DNA of 64,000 nucleotides from Ignavibacteria bacterium (GCA_014654705.1 JACVZY010000106.1:2083-66082); one strand, 5' to 3'. Positions 9,593 to 20,484 are shown, counted from the stretch's first letter. Notes: generated by a model not told the origin, from the letters alone. Translations and numbers: made by a program.

Positions 9593-9689
9593 TATTTTAT
9601 CTGCTTCGTGTTTGTTCGGCAATTTTGAGCAAATACGCCCTCTAACATCGCACAAATACTATCGTTTCACATATTTTCAGGTTTCACGA

Positions 9690-12155
9690 ATGGTTGTTCT
9701 CAAGTTCGGCGGCTCGTCGGTCGGCACACCGGAGCGCGTCAATAGTGTCATCAGCATATCGGTTCATTCACAAGCAAAACATGGTTCGGTTGCTGTTGTC
9801 GTGTCAGCATTTTCCGGCGTTACCGACCAACTTATTAAAACCGCAAAACTCGCCTCCAACGGCGACACCGCATACAGCAACGAATTCGACGACCTCTATC
9901 GTCGGCATATCACCGCGCTCGAAACCCTCTTTGCAAGCGGCAATACCGATGGAAATATGCTGGAGACCGCTCGCAAAGAAGTAGAAGCGATGCTCATGGA
10001 GCTGCGCGGTTTGCTACACGGAATTTTCCTCATTCGTGAGATTTCCAAGCGCACGATGGATTACGTGTGCAGTTTTGGCGAACGCCTTTCCGCCTTCATC
10101 ATTGCCCGCACAATGTCGGCGCGGGGCGTTCAGGCTGAGTTTTTGGATGCTCGCTCGGTGGTCAAGACCAACGACGATTTTACGGCAGCGAAAGTAGATT
10201 TCCCTGCGACAAATGCTGCGGTGCAACAATACTTTCAAGAACACAGTGCTTTGCAGGTCGTTACGGGCTTCATCGGCTCCACAGCAAATGGGCAAACAAC
10301 CACGCTGGGACGCGGCGGCTCGGACTACACCGCCGCAATTTTAGGCGCAGCGCTGAACGCTAAGGACATTGAAATATGGACGGATGTGGACGGCGTGATG
10401 ACCGCCGACCCGCGCAAAGTCAAGAACGCTTGCACATTAGAGCGCCTAACTTACGAAGAAGCAATGGAGCTTTCCCACTTCGGAGCAAAAGTTATTTATC
10501 CGCCCACCATCCAGCCTGCACTCGACCTCGGTATTCCGCTCTGGATTAAGAACACGTTCAACCCTGATTTCCCCGGCACACTCATTGACCGCGAAGGCGA
10601 TACCACCTCCACACTGCCCGTGAAGGGCATTTCGTCTATCAACAACATCACCTTGCTTTCGCTGGAAGGAAGCGGTATGGTGGGCGTGGTGGGCGTGGCG
10701 CATCGGCTTTTCAGCGCACTGGCGCGAGAACGTATCAACGTGATTATGATCACGCAAGCCTCGTCCGAACACTCGATTTGTATTGCCGTCGAACCCGGCG
10801 CAACCGACGGCGCAGCGCGGGCAATGAACGAGGAATTCAATTACGAAATTGCCGTTTCGCGCCAGATTAACCCCGTCAAAATTGAGCGCAATTTGTCAGT
10901 CATTGCCGTCGTTGGCAGCAAAATGCGCCACACGCCCGGCATTGCGGGAAAAGTCTTTCAAGCGCTGGGGCGCAACGGCGTGAACGTGCGAGCAATCGCC
11001 CAGGGATCGTCGGAATTAAACATTTCGGTCATTGTGGATGGAGCGCATGAAAGCAAGGCGATCAGCGCCATTCACAATAATTTCTTTTTGGCATCCTCCA
11101 AGACACTGCACCTGTTCATCATTGGCGCGGGGCTAATCGGAAAAGAACTTTTGAAGCAGATGCAGCAGCAGCGCGATTTTCTGATGAAGCATCGCGGACT
11201 GGAATTGAAAATTGTGGGCATTGCCAACAGCGCAAAAATGCTTATCCGCGAAGACGGCATCCCCGCCGAAACATGGTCAGAAGCGCTTGAAACATCGGGA
11301 GAGCAGATGAACTTGCGCTCCTATATTGACACCATGCAAGCGCTCGGTTTGCCAAATAAAGTCCTTGTGGATAACACGACTAGCGAAGACGTTGCTGCCC
11401 TGTACGAAGAAATTCTTTCCGGCAGCGTCTCAATTGTAACGCCGAATAAGAAAGCCAATACCGGCTCCTACGCCAGATACAAAGCCATGCGCGAGGCAGC
11501 ACTCAAAGCGAATGCGGGATTTTTCTACGAAACTAACGTAGGCGGTGGGCTTCCGGTGATAGATGCGCTGCGCGGCTTGGTGGGAAGCGGCGACACGATT
11601 CACAAAATTGAGGCGACGTGCTCCGGTACGCTTTCCTACGTCTTCAACACCTTCACTGAGGGAAAGAAGTTTAGCGACGTTATCAAAGAAGCCCGCGAAA
11701 AAGGCTTCACCGAGCCAGACCCACGCGACGACTTAGGCGGTACGGACGTTGCGCGAAAATTACTCATTCTCGCCCGTGAAATCGGCTTGCCACTTGAGCT
11801 TTCGGATGTGCCGGTGGAAAATCTTGTGCCGCCATCGTGCGCAAAGGCTGCGTCGGTCGAAGAATTTTTCACACTTCTGGAAAAAGAAGATGCCACCTTC
11901 GAGAAACGCCGCGCTGAAGCAGCAAAAGCCGGAAAAGCGCTTCGCTACGTGGCAACGCTCGAAAACGGTAAATGCAGTGCCAAGCTGGAAGCCGTTGACC
12001 ACACGCATCCTTTCTTCAGTCTGAACGCGACGGACAACAAATTTGCTATCACAAGCGATTACTATTCCTCCACGCCTTTGGTCATTCAAGGTCCCGGCGC
12101 GGGCGCTAAAGTAACGGCTTCGGGCGTTCTGGCTGATATTCTGCGGACGGCGTAA
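9690..12155 (+). CDS. thrA: Bifunctional aspartokinase / homoserine dehydrogenase
   Basis: MVVLKFGGSSVGTPERV (aspartokinase N-terminus), ACT regulatory repeats, then the homoserine dehydrogenase NAD-binding domain (LHLFIIGAGLIGKELL) and catalytic domain. 822 aa from the ATG at 9690. Confidence 0.9.
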   Translation: MVVLKFGGSSVGTPERVNSVISISVHSQAKHGSVAVVVSAFSGVTDQLIKTAKLASNGDTAYSNEFDDLYRRHITALETLFASGNTDGNMLETARKEVEAMLMELRGLLHGIFLIREISKRTMDYVCSFGERLSAFIIARTMSARGVQAEFLDARSVVKTNDDFTAAKVDFPATNAAVQQYFQEHSALQVVTGFIGSTANGQTTTLGRGGSDYTAAILGAALNAKDIEIWTDVDGVMTADPRKVKNACTLERLTYEEAMELSHFGAKVIYPPTIQPALDLGIPLWIKNTFNPDFPGTLIDREGDTTSTLPVKGISSINNITLLSLEGSGMVGVVGVAHRLFSALARERINVIMITQASSEHSICIAVEPGATDGAARAMNEEFNYEIAVSRQINPVKIERNLSVIAVVGSKMRHTPGIAGKVFQALGRNGVNVRAIAQGSSELNISVIVDGAHESKAISAIHNNFFLASSKTLHLFIIGAGLIGKELLKQMQQQRDFLMKHRGLELKIVGIANSAKMLIREDGIPAETWSEALETSGEQMNLRSYIDTMQALGLPNKVLVDNTTSEDVAALYEEILSGSVSIVTPNKKANTGSYARYKAMREAALKANAGFFYETNVGGGLPVIDALRGLVGSGDTIHKIEATCSGTLSYVFNTFTEGKKFSDVIKEAREKGFTEPDPRDDLGGTDVARKLLILAREIGLPLELSDVPVENLVPPSCAKAASVEEFFTLLEKEDATFEKRRAEAAKAGKALRYVATLENGKCSAKLEAVDHTHPFFSLNATDNKFAITSDYYSSTPLVIQGPGAGAKVTASGVLADILRTA

Positions 12156-12183
12156 AACCACATCAAAAGAAATATAACAAAGC

Positions 12184-12216
12184 GGGCTTCATCTCAGCGA
12201 TGAAGCCCATTTTTTG
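12184..12216 (+). terminator. Rho-independent terminator after thrA
   Basis: gggcttcatc-tcagc-gatgaagccc (10-bp perfect stem) followed by attttttg, 28 nt after the thrA stop. Confidence 0.7.
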
Positions 12217-12407
12217 TACAATTTTGAAGTTTAGGTAAATTTTGATGTTTTGAAAAAACCTTTCTCTATCAAGGGACGCTTTTCCTTTGCTTGGGATTGA
12301 TTACTAAGCATTTGCCTTCTACAACACCCGCTCCGAGAATATCGAACAGTATTGCTTGGTCTAGACTTCAATTTATAGCGGCAGTTTACGGTAACACGAC
12401 GACCTCA

Positions 12408-15400
12408 TCAGGCATAATCGAACGCACGGCTTTCCGACAAAAACCGTTTGGAGCCGGCGATGACAACAGAAGAGTCGTTATTATTTGCGGCTACGTGTAA
12501 AAGTGGCAATTCCACAATAAATGTAGCGCCGTTGCCCGGCTCGGACTCGCACCAAACACGACCGCCGTGCAATTCCACGATTTGCTTCACAATCGCCAAT
12601 CCCACGCCCGTCGAACTCTCGCCGCCCGTTGGCTTTGAGCTTAGGCGCTGAAAAAAACCAAACAATTTTTGTTGGTCTTCTTGCGTTAGTCCCGGTCCTT
12701 CATCCTGCACTTCAAATCGCACAATAGAATTGTTGAAGTTTTCTTCTTTGTATAGCCGAACGATAATATTGGATTTCGGGGGAGAATATTTGATGGCATT
12801 ACTGATGAGGTTATCAAACACTTGGCGAAGTCGGTTTTCGTCGCCATACATTGAGCAGTAATCGGCAATTTCGGTTTGAAGTTGTTGTTGTTTATCCTGA
12901 GCGCGGTACTGATATTCATGAATAAGCTCAAGGCATATTTCTTCCAGTTGAAGTTTGTTGGTGCGAATTTCGAGTTGCCCGTGCTCCAGAGCAGCTTGGT
13001 CAAGAATTTCGGTGATAAGTTTGTGCATAGTTTCGGCAGAATCACGAATCATCTCGGTCATTTCGAGTGCATCAGTATTGTCTGCTACTTGAACGCGGAG
13101 AGATTTAGAAGCAAGAAGTACAGTCGTTAATGGGTTTTTTAAGTCATGCGAGACCATTGACAGCATTTGGGTCTTGAAGCGATTCACCTCATCAAGGGCT
13201 TTATTACTGCCTTGTAGATTTTTATTGACATCGTAAAGTTGCACATTCACGAACTCAATTTCACGGGCACGCTCGCTTAATAGCTCAATTTGACGTTTAA
13301 TCTCCAGATTTGCATCGTTCAAGTCAGCCGTGCGTTCATTGACGACGCGCTCCAGTACTACTGCCTTTTCACGCAGACTATGAACCCGCCAGCGATAGAG
13401 CAGAAAGCCCGCCAGAACAAAACCGACGACACACGCCAGATAAAATTTCCATGTTTCATACCAGAAGGGCTTCATAAAAAATGTCGTGCTTGCTCCTACT
13501 TCATTCCAGACGCCGTCATTATTACAAGCAATCACCCGAAAACGGTACATTCGGTCGTGGGGCAAATTGGTATAGTAGGCAGCGCGTCGCCCGCCCGCAT
13601 CCACCCACGTTTTATCGTACCCTTCCAAAATGTATTTGAATTTTGAGCGGTCGGCGGCAGTCAAGCACGTGGCGGTGTAATGGAACTCAAATTTTTCCGT
13701 CGTCGGCTCTAGCGTTACAGGAATATATTGATTCTGAGATTGCGCTTGAGCGACGGAAGGTTGGTCGTTACTTTTGTTTTCTACAAATGTACCTTCGGAA
13801 GTCGCCTCAAAATTCTTTCCGCCAATTCTGATACCATCTGCCAAAACATTCTCAATAATAACGGTCGGCGGCAAATTATTTTTAACCAAGTTGTTCGGGT
13901 TAATCACCACCACACCGGCAATCGTAGGAAACCACAAGCGCCCGTCGCGAGACTTACAGGCTGCCGGCTGCGAGGCTCCGTTACATTCGGGAGATGCCAT
14001 GCCGTCATCTTTATCGTAGGTGATGCACGCGATTTGGCTTTTTCTTCCCTGTGCTACTTCCTCAAGCTCAGATTTTTTTACACGGAAAATGCCTTTGCTG
14101 CAGCTCATCCACAACCAGCCATTTTCATCTTCCAGCACAGAAAAAACGGAGTCGTCAAATAATCCATTTTGTGTGGTGTAGGCATAAAGGGAATCATTTT
14201 TGAGGCGATGCAAGCCTCCGTTTGTCGTCCCAATCCAGAAGGTATGTTCTTTGTCTTCATAGAGCCAAATGATGTTATCGCCCGCCATACCGTCCTTGAC
14301 GGTGTATGACTTTACTACGCGGTCGTTCTCTATGACAAATAATCCCTCGCGTGTGCCGACCCAAATCCTACCTTGTGAGTCTTCGTGCAGAACAGGTGTA
14401 CGACCATCTACAAGACCTTCGGCTTTGCCATAATTCGCAAATACGCCGTTGGCAAAACAGCTTGCCCCTTTATCCGTACCAATCCACAACCGCCCTTTTC
14501 TATCGCGGAGAAAAACTCGCACTCGCTCATTTGGCAAGCCGTCTTTGATACCATAGCTCTTCACAATTTTTCCATTCACCACGTGGCACATTCCCTTATC
14601 TCTTGTGCCGAGCCAGACAGAGCCATCGCTGTCTTGCATCATGCCATGAGCGGCATTACTGGGTAAACCGTTCGCCGTCGAAAAATGCTGCACACCGTTT
14701 GTTTTGTTATTGATGACGCTCACACCGTTAGCAAACATAGAAAACCACATATTTCCCGTGCTATCCTCCATGATAGACCATGGGTCGGAAAGCCCTAACC
14801 GTCTGCTATAAACGGTTACCGAACCATTGCGTAATCGATTCAGCCCGCCGCCGCCGGTTCCAATGTATAGGCTGCCTTCCACATCTTCATACATATCAAA
14901 AATATCGGGATGGGTAAGTCCATCCTGAAGGCTAAAAGCAGAAAACACGCCCTTACTGAAACGGCACATTCCCGCGCCAAGTGTCCCTATCCATAGCGTT
15001 CCCTTGCTATCACAATAGAGCGTACGGATATGATTGCCGGGTAAACCATTTTTTGTCGTATAGATTGTCCACACACCGCCTTTCAATCGCTGAAGCCCGT
15101 TGATAGTTCCAATCCATAGATTGCCTTCTTTATCAGTGGTAATGGATTGAATCACATTGTTCGTTAAGCGCTGACTGCTTTTTAATGCGGGATTGACTAT
15201 CTGCTGTATTGCATTTGTCTTTGTATTGAGAATGTTAAGCCCATTTTCTGTACCAATCCATAATGTGCTGTCATTGCTAAAAAAAAGTGTATGAACGTTG
15301 TCGTTACTCAGCCCTTGCGGCATAGAATAAACGGTAACATGACCGTCTTTCAGACGATTAACACCGCCACCGAGCGTTGCAATCCAGAGAGAATTATCCG

Positions 15401-15860
15401 CCCCCATAGCTAGTGCTCTGCCATTCTCCGGTGTGAAATTACTGGACAAACCATGACGAGTAGTAAATGTAGTAAACACTCCATTTTGTAACCGAACAAT
15501 ACCTTGCGTTTGTGTTGCTACCCAGATTGTGCCTGATGATTTATCGGTTACCAGTGAATTACAATAGTTCTCCGGTAGTGCAGAATTTTTTTTATTATAC
15601 ACCGTAAAGCGCAATCCATCGAAGCGAACCAATCCTTCTTGTGTTGTAAACCACAGATAGCCATCGGACGTTTGCGCTATGGACTGGACGGAATTTTGGG
15701 GTAATCCTTCTCTGATTTGCCAAGACTCGTGGACGTATTGAGTAATGTGCTTATTCGGGTCAAGACCTTGCTGCGATACGTTCTGTCCCCAAAGTAGTGC
15801 GCTACTCAGCGAAGAGCACATTAAGCAAATGAGCAAAAATGTAAGACAATAGGCTTGCAT
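12408..15860 (-). CDS. Sensor histidine kinase with periplasmic two-component-regulator beta-propeller repeats and Y_Y_Y domain, TM, S-helix, HisKA, HATPase (no receiver), paralog 1
   Basis: Signal peptide MQAYCLTFLLICLMCSSLSSALLWGQ. Many LWIGT/GL-type propeller blades. Y_Y_Y-like region (KFKYILEGYDKTWVDAG..YRFRVIACNNDGVWN). A single TM. MVSHDLKNPLTT H-box. HATPase G-boxes (DEGPGL, GVGLAIVKQIVELHGG). Confidence 0.8.
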   Translation of the reverse strand: MQAYCLTFLLICLMCSSLSSALLWGQNVSQQGLDPNKHITQYVHESWQIREGLPQNSVQSIAQTSDGYLWFTTQEGLVRFDGLRFTVYNKKNSALPENYCNSLVTDKSSGTIWVATQTQGIVRLQNGVFTTFTTRHGLSSNFTPENGRALAMGADNSLWIATLGGGVNRLKDGHVTVYSMPQGLSNDNVHTLFFSNDSTLWIGTENGLNILNTKTNAIQQIVNPALKSSQRLTNNVIQSITTDKEGNLWIGTINGLQRLKGGVWTIYTTKNGLPGNHIRTLYCDSKGTLWIGTLGAGMCRFSKGVFSAFSLQDGLTHPDIFDMYEDVEGSLYIGTGGGGLNRLRNGSVTVYSRRLGLSDPWSIMEDSTGNMWFSMFANGVSVINNKTNGVQHFSTANGLPSNAAHGMMQDSDGSVWLGTRDKGMCHVVNGKIVKSYGIKDGLPNERVRVFLRDRKGRLWIGTDKGASCFANGVFANYGKAEGLVDGRTPVLHEDSQGRIWVGTREGLFVIENDRVVKSYTVKDGMAGDNIIWLYEDKEHTFWIGTTNGGLHRLKNDSLYAYTTQNGLFDDSVFSVLEDENGWLWMSCSKGIFRVKKSELEEVAQGRKSQIACITYDKDDGMASPECNGASQPAACKSRDGRLWFPTIAGVVVINPNNLVKNNLPPTVIIENVLADGIRIGGKNFEATSEGTFVENKSNDQPSVAQAQSQNQYIPVTLEPTTEKFEFHYTATCLTAADRSKFKYILEGYDKTWVDAGGRRAAYYTNLPHDRMYRFRVIACNNDGVWNEVGASTTFFMKPFWYETWKFYLACVVGFVLAGFLLYRWRVHSLREKAVVLERVVNERTADLNDANLEIKRQIELLSERAREIEFVNVQLYDVNKNLQGSNKALDEVNRFKTQMLSMVSHDLKNPLTTVLLASKSLRVQVADNTDALEMTEMIRDSAETMHKLITEILDQAALEHGQLEIRTNKLQLEEICLELIHEYQYRAQDKQQQLQTEIADYCSMYGDENRLRQVFDNLISNAIKYSPPKSNIIVRLYKEENFNNSIVRFEVQDEGPGLTQEDQQKLFGFFQRLSSKPTGGESSTGVGLAIVKQIVELHGGRVWCESEPGNGATFIVELPLLHVAANNNDSSVVIAGSKRFLSESRAFDYA

Positions 15861-15982
15861 ATAGGGAAGGTTGTAAGGGTTCGATAAATTTCCACACAAA
15901 ACTTAAAATTCGACTTTTCCGTAACAGATAGGTGTGCCTATAAAACTGACGTAACCATGTTGCTCAAAAACGAGCATAATTC

Positions 15983-17962
15983 TCAAGACAGTAAAAAATT
16001 ACCTTTGAGGAGTTTTACTTTTTGCTCGGAGCGTATAGGTTTCATGCCTTTATTGCTTGATGTACGATATGCTTCTTGAACACTTTCGGGGACGGTAAAT
16101 TGCTTGACCGTATCGGCGAGATGAGCCGTCAGACAGCAGAGGTCTTCTAAGGCAACACCAATACGCACTGCGTCGCTCGAGGATTCGCGGGCAACTGATT
16201 GTATTGCTTGTAGGCTTTTGGAGATTTCGTGCCCGCTTGCTGCTTTTTCTCGGCTGGTGTTGGCGATAAACATAACGCTGTCGGCTACTTGCCCGGTTTT
16301 AGCAATGATGGTCTGCAGCGCTTGCTCCGCTTGGTCGGCGAGTGATTTACCAACGCGGGCGTATTCACTGCCTTTGTTGATAGTTGTTACTGCGGTGCCT
16401 GTATCGGTGCGGACTTGCCGAATAGTGTGCGTGATTTCTTTGGTAGCGGCAGCTGTTTTTTCGGCGAGTTTGCGCACCTCATCGGCAACAACCGCAAATC
16501 CTCGTCCGGCATCACCCGCTCGCGCCGCTTCAATGGCTGCGTTCAGCGCGAGAAGATTTGTTTGGTCGGTAATTTCCTGAATAACCTCCGCGATTTCCCC
16601 GATTTTGATGCTGCTGGTATTTAATGTCTCGATACTAGCGGCTGAAGAAAGAACAACATGGACGATGTTTTGAATACTGTCTATTGTTTCTTTTACCACT
16701 TTTTCGCCATTTTTAGCACTCTCGCCGGCTTCACGAGCCGTTGCAGCTGCCGATTCGATATGCACAGTATTTGCGGCAATTCCTTCGGCAATCAATGACA
16801 CCGATTGAGTGATGCCCGTTGTGCGTTCGCTTTGGATGTTCGCACTGGTGGACATAATGCCAATTCGTGCTGCTATTTCATCTGTTGCTTCTATGGTCGA
16901 AAGCACTGCTTCTTTGATGCGTTCCAGCATGATGCAGATATTGTCCAGCGCATCGTTAAATCCCCGGTGCAAACGTCCAATTTCGTCGTTTGTAGTAACA
17001 GGAAGGCGGACAGTCAAATTACCATGAGAGAAATTTTCCATTTCATACAGGATTTGTTCGACGCTTTCGGCAAGGTAGCGGCGATGCTCTTCGCTTGCAC
17101 GACGGGATTCTTCGGCAAGGCGGGCTTGCTCTGCATTTTCCAAGCTCTGCCGACGGGTTTCCTCCAGGAGACGGGAGGTATTGTGTGACATGATATTGAA
17201 TGCTCGCCCTAGACTTCCCAGTTCGTCCTGTGAATCTACCGTTACGAAGATATTTGTTTCTCCGGCGGCAATGCTTGTGGCAGCAGCGTCAAGTTCCCGA
17301 ATAGGTCGCCCTATCATTCGCGCCAGCATAAATCCCAATATACCCGCCACGGCAAGTGCCATAACAATAAAAAACACTAACTGACGGCGTAAGGTGGTAA
17401 ACTGCTCAATACTGCTTTGTTTAGCAGTATCGGCGGCTTTAAGTTTGGAAACCGTAAGAGCGTCTAATGCCCTGTACATACCAAATGCAGCCGCAAATCC
17501 GGGACCTTTTCGGTAGTGGTACAGAGCTGAATCGCGTAAGCCTTTTTCACCCAAACGCATAACTTCAACATACATTTTTTTGAAATTTGCAAGACTATCG
17601 GAATATGCCGCATAGAGTTGTTTTTCTTCAGGGGTGTCTAGTGTAGCCTTGTAGTGCGTGCCGATGCTGTCAAAGTTGTAATAAATTCCCTGTACCGTTT
17701 TCTTCATTTTCTTGATTTCGGCGCTATCCGAAATAAGCATAAAACTTTGTGCGTAATTGCGTGTACGCTGATAGTTATTGGTGAACTGAAGTAAGTACGA
17801 AAGCGGAACAAATTGGCGGTCATACATTCGTTCCGTTGTTTCCGCCATGGCGGACGTAGCGCGATAACCGAGATAGCCGACGATGGTGACGAAGGCGGAC
17901 AAGATAAGAAACGTAGCGACAAGTTTTGTTTGGATGGCAAGATTGCGAAAAAATTGAATCAT
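15983..17962 (-). CDS. Methyl-accepting chemotaxis protein (TM1, 4HB-type periplasmic sensor, TM2, HAMP, MCP signalling domain)
   Basis: [33 protein letters not shown].. N-terminus, a second TM ([19 protein letters not shown]), HAMP, and the highly conserved tip [34 protein letters not shown]. Confidence 0.85.
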   Translation of the reverse strand: MIQFFRNLAIQTKLVATFLILSAFVTIVGYLGYRATSAMAETTERMYDRQFVPLSYLLQFTNNYQRTRNYAQSFMLISDSAEIKKMKKTVQGIYYNFDSIGTHYKATLDTPEEKQLYAAYSDSLANFKKMYVEVMRLGEKGLRDSALYHYRKGPGFAAAFGMYRALDALTVSKLKAADTAKQSSIEQFTTLRRQLVFFIVMALAVAGILGFMLARMIGRPIRELDAAATSIAAGETNIFVTVDSQDELGSLGRAFNIMSHNTSRLLEETRRQSLENAEQARLAEESRRASEEHRRYLAESVEQILYEMENFSHGNLTVRLPVTTNDEIGRLHRGFNDALDNICIMLERIKEAVLSTIEATDEIAARIGIMSTSANIQSERTTGITQSVSLIAEGIAANTVHIESAAATAREAGESAKNGEKVVKETIDSIQNIVHVVLSSAASIETLNTSSIKIGEIAEVIQEITDQTNLLALNAAIEAARAGDAGRGFAVVADEVRKLAEKTAAATKEITHTIRQVRTDTGTAVTTINKGSEYARVGKSLADQAEQALQTIIAKTGQVADSVMFIANTSREKAASGHEISKSLQAIQSVARESSSDAVRIGVALEDLCCLTAHLADTVKQFTVPESVQEAYRTSSNKGMKPIRSEQKVKLLKGNFLLS

Positions 17963-18004
17963 AAACGTGATGGTGGTGCTGAAAGAAAAGAAGAATTGAC
18001 TGAA

Positions 18005-19033
18005 TTACTCCGCGCTTTTCACATCCAACGTGCTTTCCGACGCGCCATCGGTAATGGGAAACTCTACGATAAATGTTGCACCGTTGCCGTGTGTGCTCTT
18101 GCACCAAATATGTCCGTTGAGGGTTTCGACCAGCTTTTTGACAATAGATAGCCCCAATCCTGTGGAGTCTTCCCCGGCGGTCGGCTTGGCAGAAAGGCGT
18201 GTGAATTTCTTAAAAAGTTGCTTTTGGTCGTTGAGGGTTAGCCCGGGACCTTGGTCTTGAATTTCGATACGAATAAAATTGTGGGTTGTGTTAGTGGGAT
18301 CTGTATCTGCTGGTTGGATATTATCGAAGAGGTGCTCGTTGTATGATGAATATGTCGTTCCGAAGATACGCACCCAGATTTCTTTATTGGTCGGCGAGTA
18401 TTTAACAGCATTGGACAAAAGATTCTCCATTATTTCTCGCAGAATTCCCTTGTGGGACATCGTTATGGTGTCGGTAGTGTAAGTATCAAGGTGAATAATA
18501 ATATCTTTCTCCGAAGCACGCCCACGATACTCGTGCACGACTGATGCAACCGAACTAAGCATTTCCACAGGCTCAAGAACCGTTGACAATTTCCCCGACT
18601 CTACTGCTGAGGTCGTCAGAAGGCGATGAATCATATCTTTCATATGGAAAGCGCTTTCCTGCATTTTCCTGAGCTTGGTCATAATATCCTGCAAGGAAAT
18701 ATCACGCCACCGCTGCTGCAAGAATGACGTTCCCAGCGTGATAGTCGTCAGTGGATTTTGGAGGTCGTGAGCCACCATAAGCAGAAACTCGTCTTGCTCT
18801 GCGCTGATTTGCTGGAGCAGCCTATTCTGCTGCCGAAGAAGTACATTTTCTTCTTGTAATTGAGCGATAGTGGCGTGAAGTTCGCCCGACTGTGGAGGCT
18901 GCATCCTGCCGAGAGAACGGTATTGTTCTTGCATATAGCGGGGTTTTACTTGAAGTTCGGGCATATAATTGTGAGGTTTGTGCGTGAGAAGTTCGGTGCA
19001 TATCGGCAAGCTATGGGATTTTTTTTGTTCCAA
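18005..19033 (-). CDS. Cytoplasmic coiled-coil sensor histidine kinase (HisKA + HATPase)
   Basis: No TM. N-terminal heptad region (LHATIAQLQEENVLLRQQNRLLQQISAEQDEF), then LLMVAHDLQNPLTT H-box and HATPase (DQGPGL, GLGLSIVKKLVETLNGHIW). Sits 43 bp upstream of, and co-oriented with, the MCP gene. Confidence 0.8.
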   Translation of the reverse strand: MEQKKSHSLPICTELLTHKPHNYMPELQVKPRYMQEQYRSLGRMQPPQSGELHATIAQLQEENVLLRQQNRLLQQISAEQDEFLLMVAHDLQNPLTTITLGTSFLQQRWRDISLQDIMTKLRKMQESAFHMKDMIHRLLTTSAVESGKLSTVLEPVEMLSSVASVVHEYRGRASEKDIIIHLDTYTTDTITMSHKGILREIMENLLSNAVKYSPTNKEIWVRIFGTTYSSYNEHLFDNIQPADTDPTNTTHNFIRIEIQDQGPGLTLNDQKQLFKKFTRLSAKPTAGEDSTGLGLSIVKKLVETLNGHIWCKSTHGNGATFIVEFPITDGASESTLDVKSAE

Positions 19034-19120
19034 AAGTCACTCATACTGCGTCCCACCGAGCTATGCGATGTGCTGACGCGTAAGGTGTCGCCCTGAATAA
19101 TTGCTTGCTTGGGAAGATGG

Positions 19121-20008
19121 TTACTTTTTTGTTCCCGTTGGTTGTGTTCCTTTTGGTTGTGTTCCCGTTGGTTGCAGATAGCCTTCCGCATTCACAACCT
19201 CTACATCAGGTGAAAATTTGAAATAATGATAGAGAAGTGGTAAGTGCCCCGCGCCGAATAAGACCAGAACACGGTCTTCGGGTGATTCGATAATCCGCAT
19301 GACGTTCATCGCAATTTTCAAGTTGCGCTCATACCAGCCCGCGATAACATTTGCGCCCGTATAGTTTGTGTCCTTGCCGACAGTTGCCATGAGGAGGTAT
19401 GCGCTGTGTGAATGTTCAGCATTGTGTAAGTTGTTATGGAGGCGGAATTGCTCGATGAGCGACATCGTGGACATTTTTTCGAGTTCCGCTTGAATAAACC
19501 CCATTGCTAGTTGGAAGCGACGCAGAAAGTCCGTTTGACCCGACATCTGGGCTGTTTGCATGACCGCATTAAAATCCATATCCTTTTTCATATCTACACA
19601 ATAAACAGCTTTGTGACCAAGCTCTTTTGCCAGACGAAAGGCAATCTGGTCGATTTCGCTACGTCGCAGAGTGTCTTGCCCCGCAACGTACCGTCCGTAT
19701 CGTGCATTGATGCGCTCGCCGAATTTTGGCTCGGCTTCAATGGCAATTTTTGTTGGCTTGAAGGCTTTTATATTATCCAACAACTCACGTAATTCCTTTT
19801 GTCGTGGTGCCGACAAAATGTCCGATACGGAAGATTTAACATAATCCAAACCGGGGTTGTCAAAATGGAACGCCCCCAATACCATGACTTGCGGTTTTTT
19901 ACCGTCTTGGTCTATGCCCGGTATTTTTGTTGGTGTTTGTGCACGTGTGCTGCCGGATAGTATAAGAACTATTGCGAGGAAAAGTGCGAGAATGGTAGCG
20001 TTTTTCAT
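19121..20008 (-). CDS. Secreted Tiki/TraB/GumN-superfamily protein (DUF5694-like) with a C-terminal QPTGT peptide repeat
   Basis: Signal peptide MKNATILALFLAIVLILSGSTRAQ. Conserved VMVLGAFHFDNPGLD and VLVLFGAGHLP motifs characteristic of the TraB/GumN/Tiki fold. The C-terminus QPTGTQPKGTQPTGTKK is encoded by tandem DNA repeats at 19125-19178. Confidence 0.5.
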   Translation of the reverse strand: MKNATILALFLAIVLILSGSTRAQTPTKIPGIDQDGKKPQVMVLGAFHFDNPGLDYVKSSVSDILSAPRQKELRELLDNIKAFKPTKIAIEAEPKFGERINARYGRYVAGQDTLRRSEIDQIAFRLAKELGHKAVYCVDMKKDMDFNAVMQTAQMSGQTDFLRRFQLAMGFIQAELEKMSTMSLIEQFRLHNNLHNAEHSHSAYLLMATVGKDTNYTGANVIAGWYERNLKIAMNVMRIIESPEDRVLVLFGAGHLPLLYHYFKFSPDVEVVNAEGYLQPTGTQPKGTQPTGTKK

Positions 20009-20046
20009 ACTGTGTACCCGAATCATGAATAAATGGTTGTAATGTT

Positions 20047-20484
20047 TTAGTTCTTAGCCACTGCGGCTGCATCTTTCATTGTCTTGGCAACGAGAGTGTA
20101 CGCCGATACCCACGCGCTTTTCACGTCCGGCGTCCAGTCCGCACCCAACCCCTGCTCAAGTGCCCATAGTAACGCTGCGCCGACGGTTTCATAATGCTTG
20201 TCCTCCACTCTGTAGCGTACATGGCGTTGCCCAAGATCTTGAATTGCCGGAACAATAGTTTCAAGCTGACGCAGACTGAATACAACCGTTTTGAGCGTTG
20301 CCATCAATTTTTTCTTTTGCTCGCTTATATCCTCAGCAAACAACGGGCGCACCGAAGGGTCAAGTTCAAAAAGACGGTTATAGAACAAATCAGCTGCGGT
20401 ATCGGCAATATGAAGAACCTTAGAAAAAGTGGTTTGGACGAGTGTTATTTCGTCGCTTGTCATTGCGGGGGCTGTTGTAACCAT
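20047..20484 (-). CDS. Single-domain 3/3 globin (bacterial haemoglobin, Vitreoscilla-Hb/flavohaemoglobin-N-domain type)
   Basis: 145 aa. FYNRLFELDPSVRPLF (B10 Tyr, CD1 Phe; compare VHb FYKNLFAKHPEVRPLF). Distal SEQKKKLMATL (E7 Gln). Proximal GQRHVRY (F8 His). Encoded 43 bp downstream of an MCP gene on the same strand. Confidence 0.7.
   Translation of the reverse strand: MVTTAPAMTSDEITLVQTTFSKVLHIADTAADLFYNRLFELDPSVRPLFAEDISEQKKKLMATLKTVVFSLRQLETIVPAIQDLGQRHVRYRVEDKHYETVGAALLWALEQGLGADWTPDVKSAWVSAYTLVAKTMKDAAAVAKN

Noticed and set aside
9515-9655. Leader-peptide ORF for thrA attenuation (46 codons, MGSKIRKSAFF...)
   Set aside because: It has no runs of Thr/Ile codons and spans the hairpin rather than preceding it. 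It is not a convincing attenuation leader peptide.
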